From NCBI GenBank assembly GCA_043825875.1, contig JBDRRF010000076.1:96001-160000 (forward strand): 64,000 nucleotides of DNA, read 5' to 3'. Position numbers and translations under genes: made by a program. The notes under the pieces were generated by a model. That model was not told where the DNA came from, ran no database searches, and was given only the letters and a program-made list of their open reading frames with translations. The stretch comes from Pseudomonadota bacterium. GTDB taxonomy: Bacteria > Desulfobacterota > Desulfobacteria > Desulfobacterales > RPRI01. Shown in pieces: positions 20,142-29,733 of the stretch (position 1 is the stretch's first letter; every line of letters begins with the position of its first letter).

Positions 20142-20284
20142 GAGCCACTTTCAAAACGTTTCAGTTTGGTCAAGCTCAAGGCGGGCGAAAATTTCAACCG
20201 CAGGAATACATTGAGTATTTCGAGGATTGAAATTTGAGCCCAACGCTTAAGATCGGCCAAAATGGGGCGTTTTGAAACTGGCTC
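20142..20284 (+). mobile_element. MITE-like palindromic repeat, copy 2
   Basis: TIR GAGCCACTTTCAAAACG...CGTTTTGAAACTGGCTC flanked by an ATTC direct repeat; lies between selD and yedF. Confidence 0.85.
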
Positions 20285-20286
20285 AT

Positions 20287-21336
20287 TCATATAATTTTAA
20301 TTTTTTCTTCAGGTTCCGTTGTAACTTCTCCGATCATGGCAGCTTGTGAGATCCCTTTTTCTTTCAACCGATAAAGAAGCTCTTTGGCGCTATCTGCAGC
20401 AACACAGATCAGCAAACCGCCGGATGTCTGGGGGTCAAAAAAAACATCCTGAAGTAAAATATCCACAGAAGATGAAATATCTACTATATGCTCCCGGAAC
20501 TTCCGGTTTTTATGCATTCCGGCAGGTATCATTCCCATAGCGGCATATTCTAATGCTTCTTTTAAGACCGGCACACTGTTTGCCTGAATATGAATACCTA
20601 ATCCCGAACCAATCACCATCTCAGCCATATGCCCAAGAAGTCCGAAGCCGGTAATATCCGTACAGGCATGAACCGGAAACTCCATCATAACTTCTGCCGC
20701 ATCACGGTTTAAAGTTGCCATAAGCCGGGTTACAGTATCAATAAGTTTGTCGGATGCAAGCCCACCTTTTATGGCAGTATTTATAATGCCTGTACCAAGA
20801 GGCTTTGTCAGAATCAAACGATCTTCTGCTTGTAGATTATTCTTGGTAAGCACTCGCTTGGGATGCACAAATCCCGTGACTGATAAGCCATATTTTAATT
20901 CCTTATCCTCAATACTGTGACCGCCAACAAGCACTGTACCTGCTTCCGTAAGCTTATCAAGGCCGCCCTGGATTATTTGACGCAAAACATCTATATCCAT
21001 GGTCTTGATCGGAAAGCCGACCAGGTTCATGGCTGTTTTAGGTGTTCCACCCATAGCATAAACATCACTAAGTGCATTGGCAGCAGCAATCTGACCGAAC
21101 CAGTAAGGATCATCTACAATAGGGGTAAAAAAATCCACTGTCTGGATCAACGCCAGATCATCTGAAACCCTGTAAACACCCGCATCATCTGCCCGGTCCA
21201 AGCCTACCAAAACATTTTCGTTAGTTGGAAATACCATTCCGCACAATGCTCTGTCCAGGTCCCCTGGCGCAAGTTTAGACGCTCAACCGGCACCTGCAAC
21301 TGTTTCAGTCAGCCTTAATTTCTTTATGTCTTCCAT
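20287..21336 (-). CDS. selD: Selenide, water dikinase (selenoprotein; in-frame UGA at 21283-21285)
   Basis: MEDIKKLRLTETVAGAG-UGA-ASKLAPGDL continues in frame into the ORF-track protein (DDAGV, TVDFFTP, ANALSDVYAMGG, TDITGFGL, DPQTSGGL). Confidence 0.93.
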
Positions 21337-21419
21337 AAAATATCCCCTTTAAAAACCCTGCACTATTTCACCTTGATCGCAATCATAACATACTTCAAAT
21401 AATATTAGCCATTAATTGT

Positions 21420-22163
21420 TCATTCTCCGGCAAGAAGAGCTGCTCCAAAAGCACCAACCATCTGGGGATCATTTGGTATCAGAATTTTTCGACCCAGTCT
21501 TTCTGCAAGTAAGTTACGCATACAAGGATTTTTTGCTACGCCACCCGTAAAAACGATTTCGCCTTCCGATGATACACGATTAATCATTCCGGTTGTACGT
21601 CGTATAACACTATTGTGCAAACCCTTTGCAATTTCACGCCTTTTGCAACCTCTTGCAATAAGGGAAACAACTTCGGATTCGGCAAACACAGTACACATGC
21701 TTGAAATATTGATATCGTTTTTTGCATAAAATGCTTCCGTGCCAAAATCGTCAATATCAAAACCCAAAGTCTTTGCCATGATTTCCAGAAACTTTCCTGT
21801 ACCGGCAGCGCATTTGTCATTCATTTCAAACTTTTTTATTTTTCCGTTACTATGCAAAGAAATAGCTTTGCTATCCTGCCCGCCAATATCAAGCACAGTC
21901 TGAGCATCGGGAAATAAAGCCCGCGCACCCCTGGCATGAGCTTTAATTTCAGTTATCGTAGGCATATCAAAAGATGACCCGATCAGAGAGCGCCCATAGC
22001 CTGTTGCTATAATGTTATCGTACGATATTTTGCGCAACAGACCTTTCACCTGTGAAACAGGATCATAACCGGTATCGGTCATGAAGTTATATATGATTTT
22101 ATCCGCTTCTATAACGACAAGTTCTATTGTACGAGATCCGATATCAATTCCTGCATAACGCAT
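21420..22163 (-). CDS. BadF/BadG/BcrA/BcrD-type [4Fe-4S] ATPase activator
   Basis: GIDIGS, ATGYGR, DIGGQDSK, MNDKCAAGTG, CTVFAESE and GGVA motifs. Confidence 0.92.
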   Translation of the reverse strand: MRYAGIDIGSRTIELVVIEADKIIYNFMTDTGYDPVSQVKGLLRKISYDNIIATGYGRSLIGSSFDMPTITEIKAHARGARALFPDAQTVLDIGGQDSKAISLHSNGKIKKFEMNDKCAAGTGKFLEIMAKTLGFDIDDFGTEAFYAKNDINISSMCTVFAESEVVSLIARGCKRREIAKGLHNSVIRRTTGMINRVSSEGEIVFTGGVAKNPCMRNLLAERLGRKILIPNDPQMVGAFGAALLAGE

Positions 22164-22172
22164 TATTATCTT

Positions 22173-23450
22173 TTATCCTAAAATTTCAAGAAAAGCTTCA
22201 ATCCTTGTTTTTAGTTGCCCTGCATCCTCCATGCTATAATCGGTTTCTATCCTAAGTACCGGAATGTTCTCATTTTCAAGAGTTTTTTCAATGGGCATTG
22301 ATTCCATGATATATGGCTGGCAAAACTGCAAACCATAAAGAATTACTCCGTCCACCTTGTATGTGGCAACCATTTCCCGGATATGATCCAGGCGTTCATG
22401 GTTTGGAGTAAAAACTGCGCAATCGATCTTGTAATAGCGATCCACGATGTCTTCAATCATTTCGTCAACAGTTTTGCCGGATTCATCCGTCAGATTCCGC
22501 ACACCTCTTTCACCAACACAGGATTCTTCTCCCACAATAACAGCACCTGAGGTTTCCACTATAAAAGGAAGCTTCCAGTTGGGTACAGCCTGTGGGCATC
22601 CTGAAACAAGAATACGGGGAGTCTTTTCTGGAAATACTCCTTTTTCTTCTTTTATTCTTTTTTCCAGTTCGTCACAGATTTTATTTACAGACTCAGTAAA
22701 CCGGGCCGGATTATCATAGAAAGAAACCTGGTTTGCCAAAAGCGCATCCAAACCGAATATAGGCGCAGGATCGGCTTTGCGCAGAGCCGAAAGATGATGT
22801 ATGGCATTTCGTTTAGCATTTACAGTCTGAATTGACTGTTTTAAGGATTCGGCAGTAATGGGAACCCTGGTAAGTTTTTCAAGTGCTTCTTTAAAACGAT
22901 AATATTCAGCTTTTAAAAGCGCCCTGCCCTGCTCTGATTTTATTTGGGGCAAATCCATAACATAAAGGTTATTAACCAAAGAGTTTAACGATTCATATGC
23001 TTTCTTTTTGCCGTCACAGGTGTTTTCGCCTACAACCATATCAGCGCTTTCCAGATATGGACAAACCTTGCCGAGCTTAAATCCGAATGCGGATTTAATA
23101 AGTGCGCAAGTATTTCTCGGCAAATATTTTTCAACTTCTTCTATTGCAAAGTCAGCACCGGAGCAAAGCCCTACCAGAGTGGCATTGGCAGCTAATACAA
23201 TTTCTTCCGGCACAAATACACAGTATGATCCGATGATTTTTCGCCCGGCTTCTTTTTCATCCAAAAGCTCTTTTATCCGCAAACCATGTACTTCGCTCAT
23301 TACAAAATCGAAATATCCCATATTTTGAGGCCGGTTTTTTTGCGCTGCATAAATATCTCGATATGCTTTTCCCAAAACCCCAAGCAACATATCATGGGCA
23401 TCAAGATCAAGCCCCAGATTCTTCCACATATCACGGTAATCTTCGCTCAT
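22173..23450 (-). CDS. Double-cubane-cluster-type reductase (2-hydroxyacyl-CoA dehydratase D family)
   Basis: YCVFVPEE, LCSG, NTCALIK, TCDGKKK, ESCVG, IDCAVF, QFCQPY and ETDYS...GQLKTRIEAF; single subunit paired with an activator. Confidence 0.8.
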   Translation of the reverse strand: MSEDYRDMWKNLGLDLDAHDMLLGVLGKAYRDIYAAQKNRPQNMGYFDFVMSEVHGLRIKELLDEKEAGRKIIGSYCVFVPEEIVLAANATLVGLCSGADFAIEEVEKYLPRNTCALIKSAFGFKLGKVCPYLESADMVVGENTCDGKKKAYESLNSLVNNLYVMDLPQIKSEQGRALLKAEYYRFKEALEKLTRVPITAESLKQSIQTVNAKRNAIHHLSALRKADPAPIFGLDALLANQVSFYDNPARFTESVNKICDELEKRIKEEKGVFPEKTPRILVSGCPQAVPNWKLPFIVETSGAVIVGEESCVGERGVRNLTDESGKTVDEMIEDIVDRYYKIDCAVFTPNHERLDHIREMVATYKVDGVILYGLQFCQPYIMESMPIEKTLENENIPVLRIETDYSMEDAGQLKTRIEAFLEILG

Positions 23451-23885
23451 TTTTTACTCCTCCAGCCCAAAAGCATGGTTTTTTAATAAATTTTGCAAAG
23501 GATAATACTTTACAAATACACTATACTTATAATATCCCTCTCACCGATATCATCTGCATGTCAAATAGATAGTACTAATATCTATAGGTATAATTTATAG
23601 ATAAACTTAATGATGCCAGCCAAACAACAACTATTCCTGTCCTACCCTGCTTGATAACCGGCTATAGCCATTCCTTTTATATTTTTTTCTTAAACAGTTT
23701 AAATTCAATCAATCATAACATTTCTCATAAATACATAAATTTATACTCTTGTTTAAAAAACCTATTGATTTAATTTAAGCAAAGTATTAACGAAATTTCC
23801 GTATTGTTGTTCATTATACAAGTTGTTTATTTTAAACGTTTTCTGGAATAAATAATCCGATATCTCATTTTATTCTTTATTGGAT

Positions 23886-24049
23886 GAGACTTTTGAAAAA
23901 TGTTCAATTTTGCTCAAGTTCAAGGAAGGCGAAAATTTTAACCACAGGAATACATCGGGTATTTCGAGGATAGCGCTAAAGCTTCACTGCGTGCGAAATT
24001 TGAGCATGACGACGGAATCGGATGAAAGGGGGCGTTTTGCAAAGGTCTC
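23886..24049 (+). mobile_element. MITE-like palindromic repeat, divergent copy 3 with an insert of about 22 bp
   Basis: Shares the core CAGGAATACAT..GTATTTCGAGGAT; ends are GAGACTTTTGAAAAA and TTTTGCAAAGGTCTC. Confidence 0.7.
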
Positions 24050-24074
24050 AAAAGGATTGAACATGACCGGATAT

Positions 24075-24116
24075 AAAAAAGCCCCGATCTTCATATAATT
24101 GAAGCACGGGGCTTTT
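24075..24116. terminator. Intrinsic terminator downstream of aor
   Basis: AAAAAAGCCCCG...CGGGGCTTTT hairpin with A/T tracts on both sides. Confidence 0.65.
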
Positions 24117-24154
24117 GTTTTTAAATGTTTTAAACTATCAAAAATTAGCTAGTA

Positions 24155-26050
24155 CTATTTATCAAAACCTGAATTCATACCTTTTAGAGAAAGCGTAAGC
24201 TCTTCGATTCTGCCCGAACTGAGTGTGCCCTCCTTGGAGTCCCAGCCCCGCTCCTCATAGTAAGCAGTTAAAAGATCATCGAGATTAGCACTATTTAGCG
24301 GCGGGAATAATGAGTTTCCAAACTTGACAGACTCGGCAAGGAACCTTTCGGGTACACCGTCGTCTTTTCGGGTTGCGCCTTCGCGCATATTAAAAGCTTT
24401 TCTCATGTCACGGCCACGAGCAGCAGCTTCAAACAGTCCTTTGGCATCCATATCAATTCCGGTAGCAGCAAAATAAAGGTCCGCCCATAAACTGACATCA
24501 AACTCCTGATATATGTAATGCATGCAAATACCCAGACATTCCAATATAAAACTATGATCGTCCGCCCATTTGGTCATGCGGGGAACATTATACCCATCAG
24601 GACCGGAAGATACGCTTTTAATATCTTTTTCCGTCATTCCTACCTTTTTGCAGTATCGGACCAGTTCATCTCCTGACGTCTTGAAAAACATTATGTTTGA
24701 GAAGTGACCGGTTGCATTGGTCAATGCACCAAGAAGAAAGGCGGATAAAAAGATACGCGACTCTATGCCGCCTATTCCCTTGAAGTGAATCGCATAATAT
24801 TCGGCCCCACGACCGATCTGCCGGGATGCCTCTACAAGACCATTTGCCAAAACATCTCCGATACCTCTCCTGTAAGCAATATCTCGCACTAGCCTGTGAA
24901 GGGTTGCTGCATCCCAATCAAGGACCAATCCGCCAGTATCAGCTTTTGTAATAATTTTTTTCTCATAGAGTTCAATAGCCATAGCTGCTATGCCTGAAAT
25001 GGAAATCTGATCCATTCCAAGCCGGTTGCTCATTTCGGCAAACCGGAGTGCTTGGGGCCATCCTGTAACACCGCAATTGATAGCCGTTATAATCGGATTC
25101 AATCCGCAAGATATTGGCAATGCCAGCCCGTCAAGCTCACCGCCTTTTTTTCCGGCCATATAATGTTTGCATCCAACAGGGCATGAAAAGCAACTTCGCC
25201 TACTCCGGTGGATTTGATCCAGTAGCTTATCAATATCGTAGTCTTTCAGCAACTCCGGCCCGGCGGTATTGCGAAAGTTCCGGTAAGCAAGTCCGCCCGT
25301 ATTGACCACACCTTCTAAATGAGCCAGGCCCTTGCCGTATTTACGGAAGTTTTCATTCTGCAGTTTTGGGATTTCTTTGCATAATTTGTTTACTATCTTA
25401 ATAAATTTCTTAGGGTCCGCCACACTAATACCCTGACTTCCAAAGGTAGCAATAGCCTTTAGATTTTTTGAGCCCATCACCGCTCCCATCCCTGTTCGCG
25501 CAAATGCCGAGTATTTATTGGCAATTATACTTGCATCCCTTACAAGATTTTCTCCGGCAGGCCCAATGCTCAATACTGTGTACAGCCTTCCCAGTTCATC
25601 CCATACAGCATCGGTTGTTTCCCAGGTATCTTTGCCCCATATGTGACCAGCTTCACGAATCTCAACTTCATCCCCTATCTTCAAATACACGGGCCTATCT
25701 GCCTTGCCGGTGATAATAACATGGTCATAACCTGCAAACTTCAGCATTCCCATGTGTCCGCTGCCTGATGATCCGATAAACCGGGAAGAAGGTGATTTAG
25801 CAGTAATATTGGATTTGCCTGCACCAGGAGTCAGTGTACCAACCAGAGGCCCGACACCTAATATAAGAGCATTTTCAGGCGATAAAGGCTCAACATTCGG
25901 TTCAATATAGTCATAAGCCAGGCGAGCATTGATTCCGGCACCACCAAGAAACTTATAAATTAATTCTTCATTAAGGGGTATTTTACTGATACTGCCAGTG
26001 CTTAAATCAACTTTTAGGATGTTGCCTGCGTAAGCGTTTATTTTATCCAT
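24155..26050 (-). CDS. aor: Aldehyde:ferredoxin oxidoreductase family (tungsten AOR)
   Basis: YAGNILKVDLS, FLGGAG, SIGPAGE, RTGMGAVMGSKNLKA, CFSCPVGC, LGMDQIS and YYEERGWD motifs. Confidence 0.9.
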   Translation of the reverse strand: MDKINAYAGNILKVDLSTGSISKIPLNEELIYKFLGGAGINARLAYDYIEPNVEPLSPENALILGVGPLVGTLTPGAGKSNITAKSPSSRFIGSSGSGHMGMLKFAGYDHVIITGKADRPVYLKIGDEVEIREAGHIWGKDTWETTDAVWDELGRLYTVLSIGPAGENLVRDASIIANKYSAFARTGMGAVMGSKNLKAIATFGSQGISVADPKKFIKIVNKLCKEIPKLQNENFRKYGKGLAHLEGVVNTGGLAYRNFRNTAGPELLKDYDIDKLLDQIHRSRRSCFSCPVGCKHYMAGKKGGELDGLALPISCGLNPIITAINCGVTGWPQALRFAEMSNRLGMDQISISGIAAMAIELYEKKIITKADTGGLVLDWDAATLHRLVRDIAYRRGIGDVLANGLVEASRQIGRGAEYYAIHFKGIGGIESRIFLSAFLLGALTNATGHFSNIMFFKTSGDELVRYCKKVGMTEKDIKSVSSGPDGYNVPRMTKWADDHSFILECLGICMHYIYQEFDVSLWADLYFAATGIDMDAKGLFEAAARGRDMRKAFNMREGATRKDDGVPERFLAESVKFGNSLFPPLNSANLDDLLTAYYEERGWDSKEGTLSSGRIEELTLSLKGMNSGFDK

Positions 26051-26091
26051 TGCCTACTCCTATTCGATGCTTATGTTGATTTTGAGTAAGA

Positions 26092-26373
26092 TCAGACTTT
26101 TTCAGGCATCTGATTAAATCCGTCTGCTAACTTTTCGATAACAAGTGCGTCAAATTCACAGTATTGCACACATACTCCACATAAATTACAATCATTTTTA
26201 AGCGTTATCTCAAAACATTCCATATTGTAAAATGGCACAACCATGATTTTTGATTTTGATATATTAAAGGCCTTTTCAGTAGATGTGAAAAAAGAGCAGG
26301 CCAGGCTGCATCGAAGACAACCTGTGCAAAATTCCGGGGATATTATAATTTTTTTGTTTTTCTTTTTAGACAT
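26092..26373 (-). CDS. 4Fe-4S ferredoxin-type subunit of the AOR operon
   Basis: CTGCLRCSLAC and CNLCGVCVQYC motifs. Confidence 0.85.
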   Translation of the reverse strand: MSKKKNKKIIISPEFCTGCLRCSLACSFFTSTEKAFNISKSKIMVVPFYNMECFEITLKNDCNLCGVCVQYCEFDALVIEKLADGFNQMPEKV

Positions 26374-26539
26374 GATTTACCCCCTTTTGCTTTTTGATAA
26401 GGATTTTTTGTATATGTTATATGGTTTACAGCAAATATGATATTGAAAAAACAATAATTCATCAAGAAAAAAGGGGAATAGCTTTGCACTTAGGGTTGGC
26501 TACTCCTTCCAGTCGCTTTTACTTTCGGTTCACCTTCCG

Positions 26540-26605
26540 ATTCGCTTCACCATTAGACAACTCATAACGAAGATGCCCTTGCCTTCGGCTAATGTTTATG
26601 TCTCG
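26540..26605 (-). mobile_element. Degenerate group IIC intron domain-I fragment
   Basis: CTCATAA...TGCCCTTGCCTTCGGCTAATGTTTATG is shared with the better-preserved fragment at 39035-39168. Confidence 0.45.
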
Positions 26606-26613
26606 AAAATACC

Positions 26614-26636
26614 TTGACTTATCATATTTAATAAGT
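26614..26636 (+). promoter_or_regulatory. Putative toxin-antitoxin promoter/operator
   Basis: TTGACT -35 overlapping the inverted repeat ACTTAT-N8-ATAAGT, just upstream of the toxin gene. Confidence 0.45.
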
Positions 26637-26650
26637 TATTAAATTTAATA

Positions 26651-26923
26651 ATGTGGCGCATACGAGAACATCACAATTTAAATAAGATTATTGCAAAATT
26701 ACCGTTGCAGGTCGTGAAAAAATACGAACTTTGGAAAGATATTGTTTTTCGACATGGGCCAGATATATTACGTGAATTTCCTGGTTTTCATGACGAAAAA
26801 TTAAAAGGAGAGTTTGAAGGACAACGATCATCACGGCTTAATATTCAATATCGTGTTATTTATTCTATCGAAAAAGAGATAGTATCAGTTTATACCATTG
26901 ATATAACACCACATAAATATTAG
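26651..26923 (+). CDS. RelE/HigB-like type II toxin
   Basis: 90 aa with HDEKLKG...RSSRLNIQYRVIY...ITPHKY; precedes an HTH antitoxin. Confidence 0.85.
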   Translation: MWRIREHHNLNKIIAKLPLQVVKKYELWKDIVFRHGPDILREFPGFHDEKLKGEFEGQRSSRLNIQYRVIYSIEKEIVSVYTIDITPHKY

Positions 26924-26935
26924 GGGGTTAAAATA

Positions 26936-27211
26936 ATGAAAATTAAAAAATCGGACTATATGCCGGCAAAACAGCATACGATCTTAACTACCGGAGAAGT
27001 AATTAAAATGTTGCGTGAACTAAAAGGATGGACTCAAGAGGAATTATCAAAATATTGCTCTATCAATGCAAAAAATATCAGTATGCTTGAAAATGATAAA
27101 TTAGAAATAGGGAAAAAAAGGGCCTTGCAACTCGCCACTGCATTTAATGTACATCCTGCTATAATTATGTTTCCTGAATACGAATCAAAAGAAATTCAAA
27201 AAGCGGCATAA
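26936..27211 (+). CDS. HigA-like XRE-HTH antitoxin
   Basis: LRELKGWTQEELSK...ISMLEND...IGKKRA...LATAFNVHP. Confidence 0.85.
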   Translation: MKIKKSDYMPAKQHTILTTGEVIKMLRELKGWTQEELSKYCSINAKNISMLENDKLEIGKKRALQLATAFNVHPAIIMFPEYESKEIQKAA

Positions 27212-27327
27212 CAAAGGGTTAACCGGAAATGCTGTTGAGACGCCGAAGAATTTTTTATCAGTTTGTTGCCAATAGATGTAATCGTCTTGTTCAAATCAAT
27301 GGTGGATTTTTAAGCAGATTTTTTCTG

Positions 27328-27385
27328 CCACAACATGAAAATCAACAGGACCCCAAAAGCCGGGCCGGTGCTTAAACCGTTGAAC
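27328..27385 (+). repeat. attC-like integron recombination site
   Basis: CCACAAC-ATGAA-AATCAAC...GTGCTT-AAACC-GTTGAAC, 58 bp imperfect palindrome with R''/R' cores. Confidence 0.6.
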
Positions 27386-27473
27386 GAGACGCTACGCCGC
27401 AGAAAAAACCTCAAATTAGTATATACTCACATAGCAGCCAAATTCCGGGCATTATTTCATGAGGAGATACATC

Positions 27474-28571
27474 ATGATTTTTTTAAAACCAAATATTGAA
27501 AAGCTTAGAAAAAACCACAATATAAAAGGACTGCTCAAAGCGCTATCCTATAAAGAAGCATTTATCAGATCAGATGCCGCCTTTACTATCGGTCAAATAT
27601 TTGAGGGATATAATAAAAGTCCTTTAAAAGACGAAGCCTCTACAGCATTAGTACAAACATTGGTGGATTCTGATTTTAATGTACAAGAGACCACTGTCTA
27701 CGCTCTTGGACACATGAGGCAAGTTGAGCCACTGATTGAGGTACTTAATAACGGTGAAAAGCAATTACGTATTGTTGCCGCAAAAGTAATGGGATGGAAT
27801 TTACAAAACCTGTCAGTTATAGACGCATTGGTTATAGCTTTAAAAAATGATAGAGATGAAGAAGTCAGGAGTAATGCTGCCAGTTCACTGGGAAGTATAA
27901 TAGAAGATCGAAAACGTCAATTTGATCAATATGAAGAAAACTATGATAAAAAAATTATCGACGACTGTTGTAAAGTATTGTTGGAAGCACTTAGAGATAC
28001 ACCATTGGTTTATTCGAATGCTCTCTGGGCCTTGGCCAAATCAAAAAAGAATGATGTTATCCCTCATTTGATTAAAGGATTAGGTGATGAAAATGGAGCA
28101 GTCCGTAAAATGGCTGCCGTGGGTTTGGGTATGGTAGGGTCTGCCGTCGGAAAAGAGGGGGTTAACAGTTTGGTAAGAACTGTACAAAATAGTAATGAAT
28201 CCGTAGAAACACGCGAATGCGCCATTCGTTCTTTGGGTAGTATTCAGAACGATATTGCCCTACAAGCACTGCATTTATTGCATGAAAGTCCTGTCGCTGA
28301 TAAATTCAATACAACCATTGATTATGCTCTCGGGCAGTATCCATCGAATAAAACAGCGGTAGCAGCAAAACAGCATAAACAAACATGGCAGTATTGGGCA
28401 TATATCCATAAGCACGGTCAATTACAAGTAAAAGAATGGTATCAAGGTAATACTTTTATTCAAGAAGCACCCACATCTCCAAATGTTAAGCATTTCCTTG
28501 AAGAGCCTTTCGAAGCAACATCTATTGAAGAGGCAGAGGAGATTGCCGCTAAATTACTGAATCTTAATTAA
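27474..28571 (+). CDS. HEAT/PBS-lyase repeat protein with a distinct C-terminal domain
   Basis: Repeated VR..AA..LG units; AGGAG RBS before ATG at 27474. Confidence 0.8.
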   Translation: MIFLKPNIEKLRKNHNIKGLLKALSYKEAFIRSDAAFTIGQIFEGYNKSPLKDEASTALVQTLVDSDFNVQETTVYALGHMRQVEPLIEVLNNGEKQLRIVAAKVMGWNLQNLSVIDALVIALKNDRDEEVRSNAASSLGSIIEDRKRQFDQYEENYDKKIIDDCCKVLLEALRDTPLVYSNALWALAKSKKNDVIPHLIKGLGDENGAVRKMAAVGLGMVGSAVGKEGVNSLVRTVQNSNESVETRECAIRSLGSIQNDIALQALHLLHESPVADKFNTTIDYALGQYPSNKTAVAAKQHKQTWQYWAYIHKHGQLQVKEWYQGNTFIQEAPTSPNVKHFLEEPFEATSIEEAEEIAAKLLNLN

Positions 28572-28579
28572 CTAATGCA

Positions 28580-28638
28580 AGCGCACATAAGGAATAAGGA
28601 TTGATTTGCGGGTCCACAATCTTATCCGGTGGTTGAAC
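28580..28638 (+). repeat. Degenerate attC-like site
   Basis: GGAATAAGGATTG...CAATCTTATCC stem with unpaired bases, ending GTTGAAC, immediately after the HEAT gene stop. Confidence 0.45.
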
Positions 28639-28717
28639 AAGCCCGGTGTCTTTATATAATCCCTTTAAAAGAAAAAGTAACTAAAGGTCAAATGTAGACC
28701 TGACATCATTTGTCTCT

Positions 28718-29503
28718 TCATATAATTTCAAGTTTATCGATGATATGTGGTAGCAAATACTCTAATAGATCAAGAGCTTTAGTTGTAACTTCAACAACGT
28801 TATTTGGCGTCGGCTCTAAGCGTTCTATTATTCTCCTTTTTTCACCCTTAACCATTCCAATATATTCTTTATCGTAGATAAAATCGAATGATGACTGGCC
28901 TGTTAAAAATAAATTTCCAATATCTAACCCGATCCATGGTTTTTCAAATCCAATGAGGAACGACATAAAGGTTCGTAATGAACCACGTTCAAATCCAATG
29001 AATAACTTATTATCATTCGATATTTTTCTATAGAAAGATCTTGCTCCAAATATAGGTTTTTTCTTGGCGATTTTGTATCCAGGATCTCGTTCTTTTATTG
29101 TTTCTTTTATTAATTTATTTACATCAAATTTCGGATATACTTCTGAGTATCCAGTAATATACGCCATATAATTTGTGCCCTCACGTACTTTATACCATTT
29201 GTAGAATTCATCTCTTGCTTCTATTAAGTCAGGATATCTATCATAGAAGGATCGCGATTCAGAAAGCCCAATAAGGCCAGAGAATTGTTCTTTAACATTT
29301 TGTTTAAAATATTGAACAAGTTTATCCTTGATGTTTTTGTCGATATCATCTTTGTAAATGTGATACTTTTCTAAAACCTCATATGATACTTCTTTTGGCC
29401 AATTAAAATTATCAAAAGGTGAGACCCTAAATATTATCTGTTCTGTCAACTCAATTAGTTTCTTACCTGTATGAAACTTTTCTTTTTCATCCATACATTT
29501 CAA
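28718..29503 (-). CDS. Hypothetical protein (about 260 aa, low GC)
   Basis: Long open frame with no motif recognised; the start may be ATG at 29494. Confidence 0.65.
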   Translation of the reverse strand: MKCMDEKEKFHTGKKLIELTEQIIFRVSPFDNFNWPKEVSYEVLEKYHIYKDDIDKNIKDKLVQYFKQNVKEQFSGLIGLSESRSFYDRYPDLIEARDEFYKWYKVREGTNYMAYITGYSEVYPKFDVNKLIKETIKERDPGYKIAKKKPIFGARSFYRKISNDNKLFIGFERGSLRTFMSFLIGFEKPWIGLDIGNLFLTGQSSFDFIYDKEYIGMVKGEKRRIIERLEPTPNNVVEVTTKALDLLEYLLPHIIDKLEII

Positions 29504-29733
29504 TCCTAAACATAACTAGGAGTTCTATAGAAAAAAACTACCTTTTATGCGAATTTGCAGGTTATACAGAAAAAGCAAGTTAAGTGCCAATACTGCTTTT
29601 TGTGCTTTATCCTTTGCCGGCAATAATGTTTTAAATAGCCCGATCCAGGTATCTCGAATACCAATTTACACTAGAGAGCGCAGCCTACTCCCGGTTTTTA
29701 TAGTTCAGGCATTCAAAACAAAGATCACAAATA

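Noticed and set aside
28680..28710. AGGTCAAATGTAGACCTGAC small palindrome
   Set aside because: Single, short and degenerate; cannot be distinguished from chance or a decayed REP.
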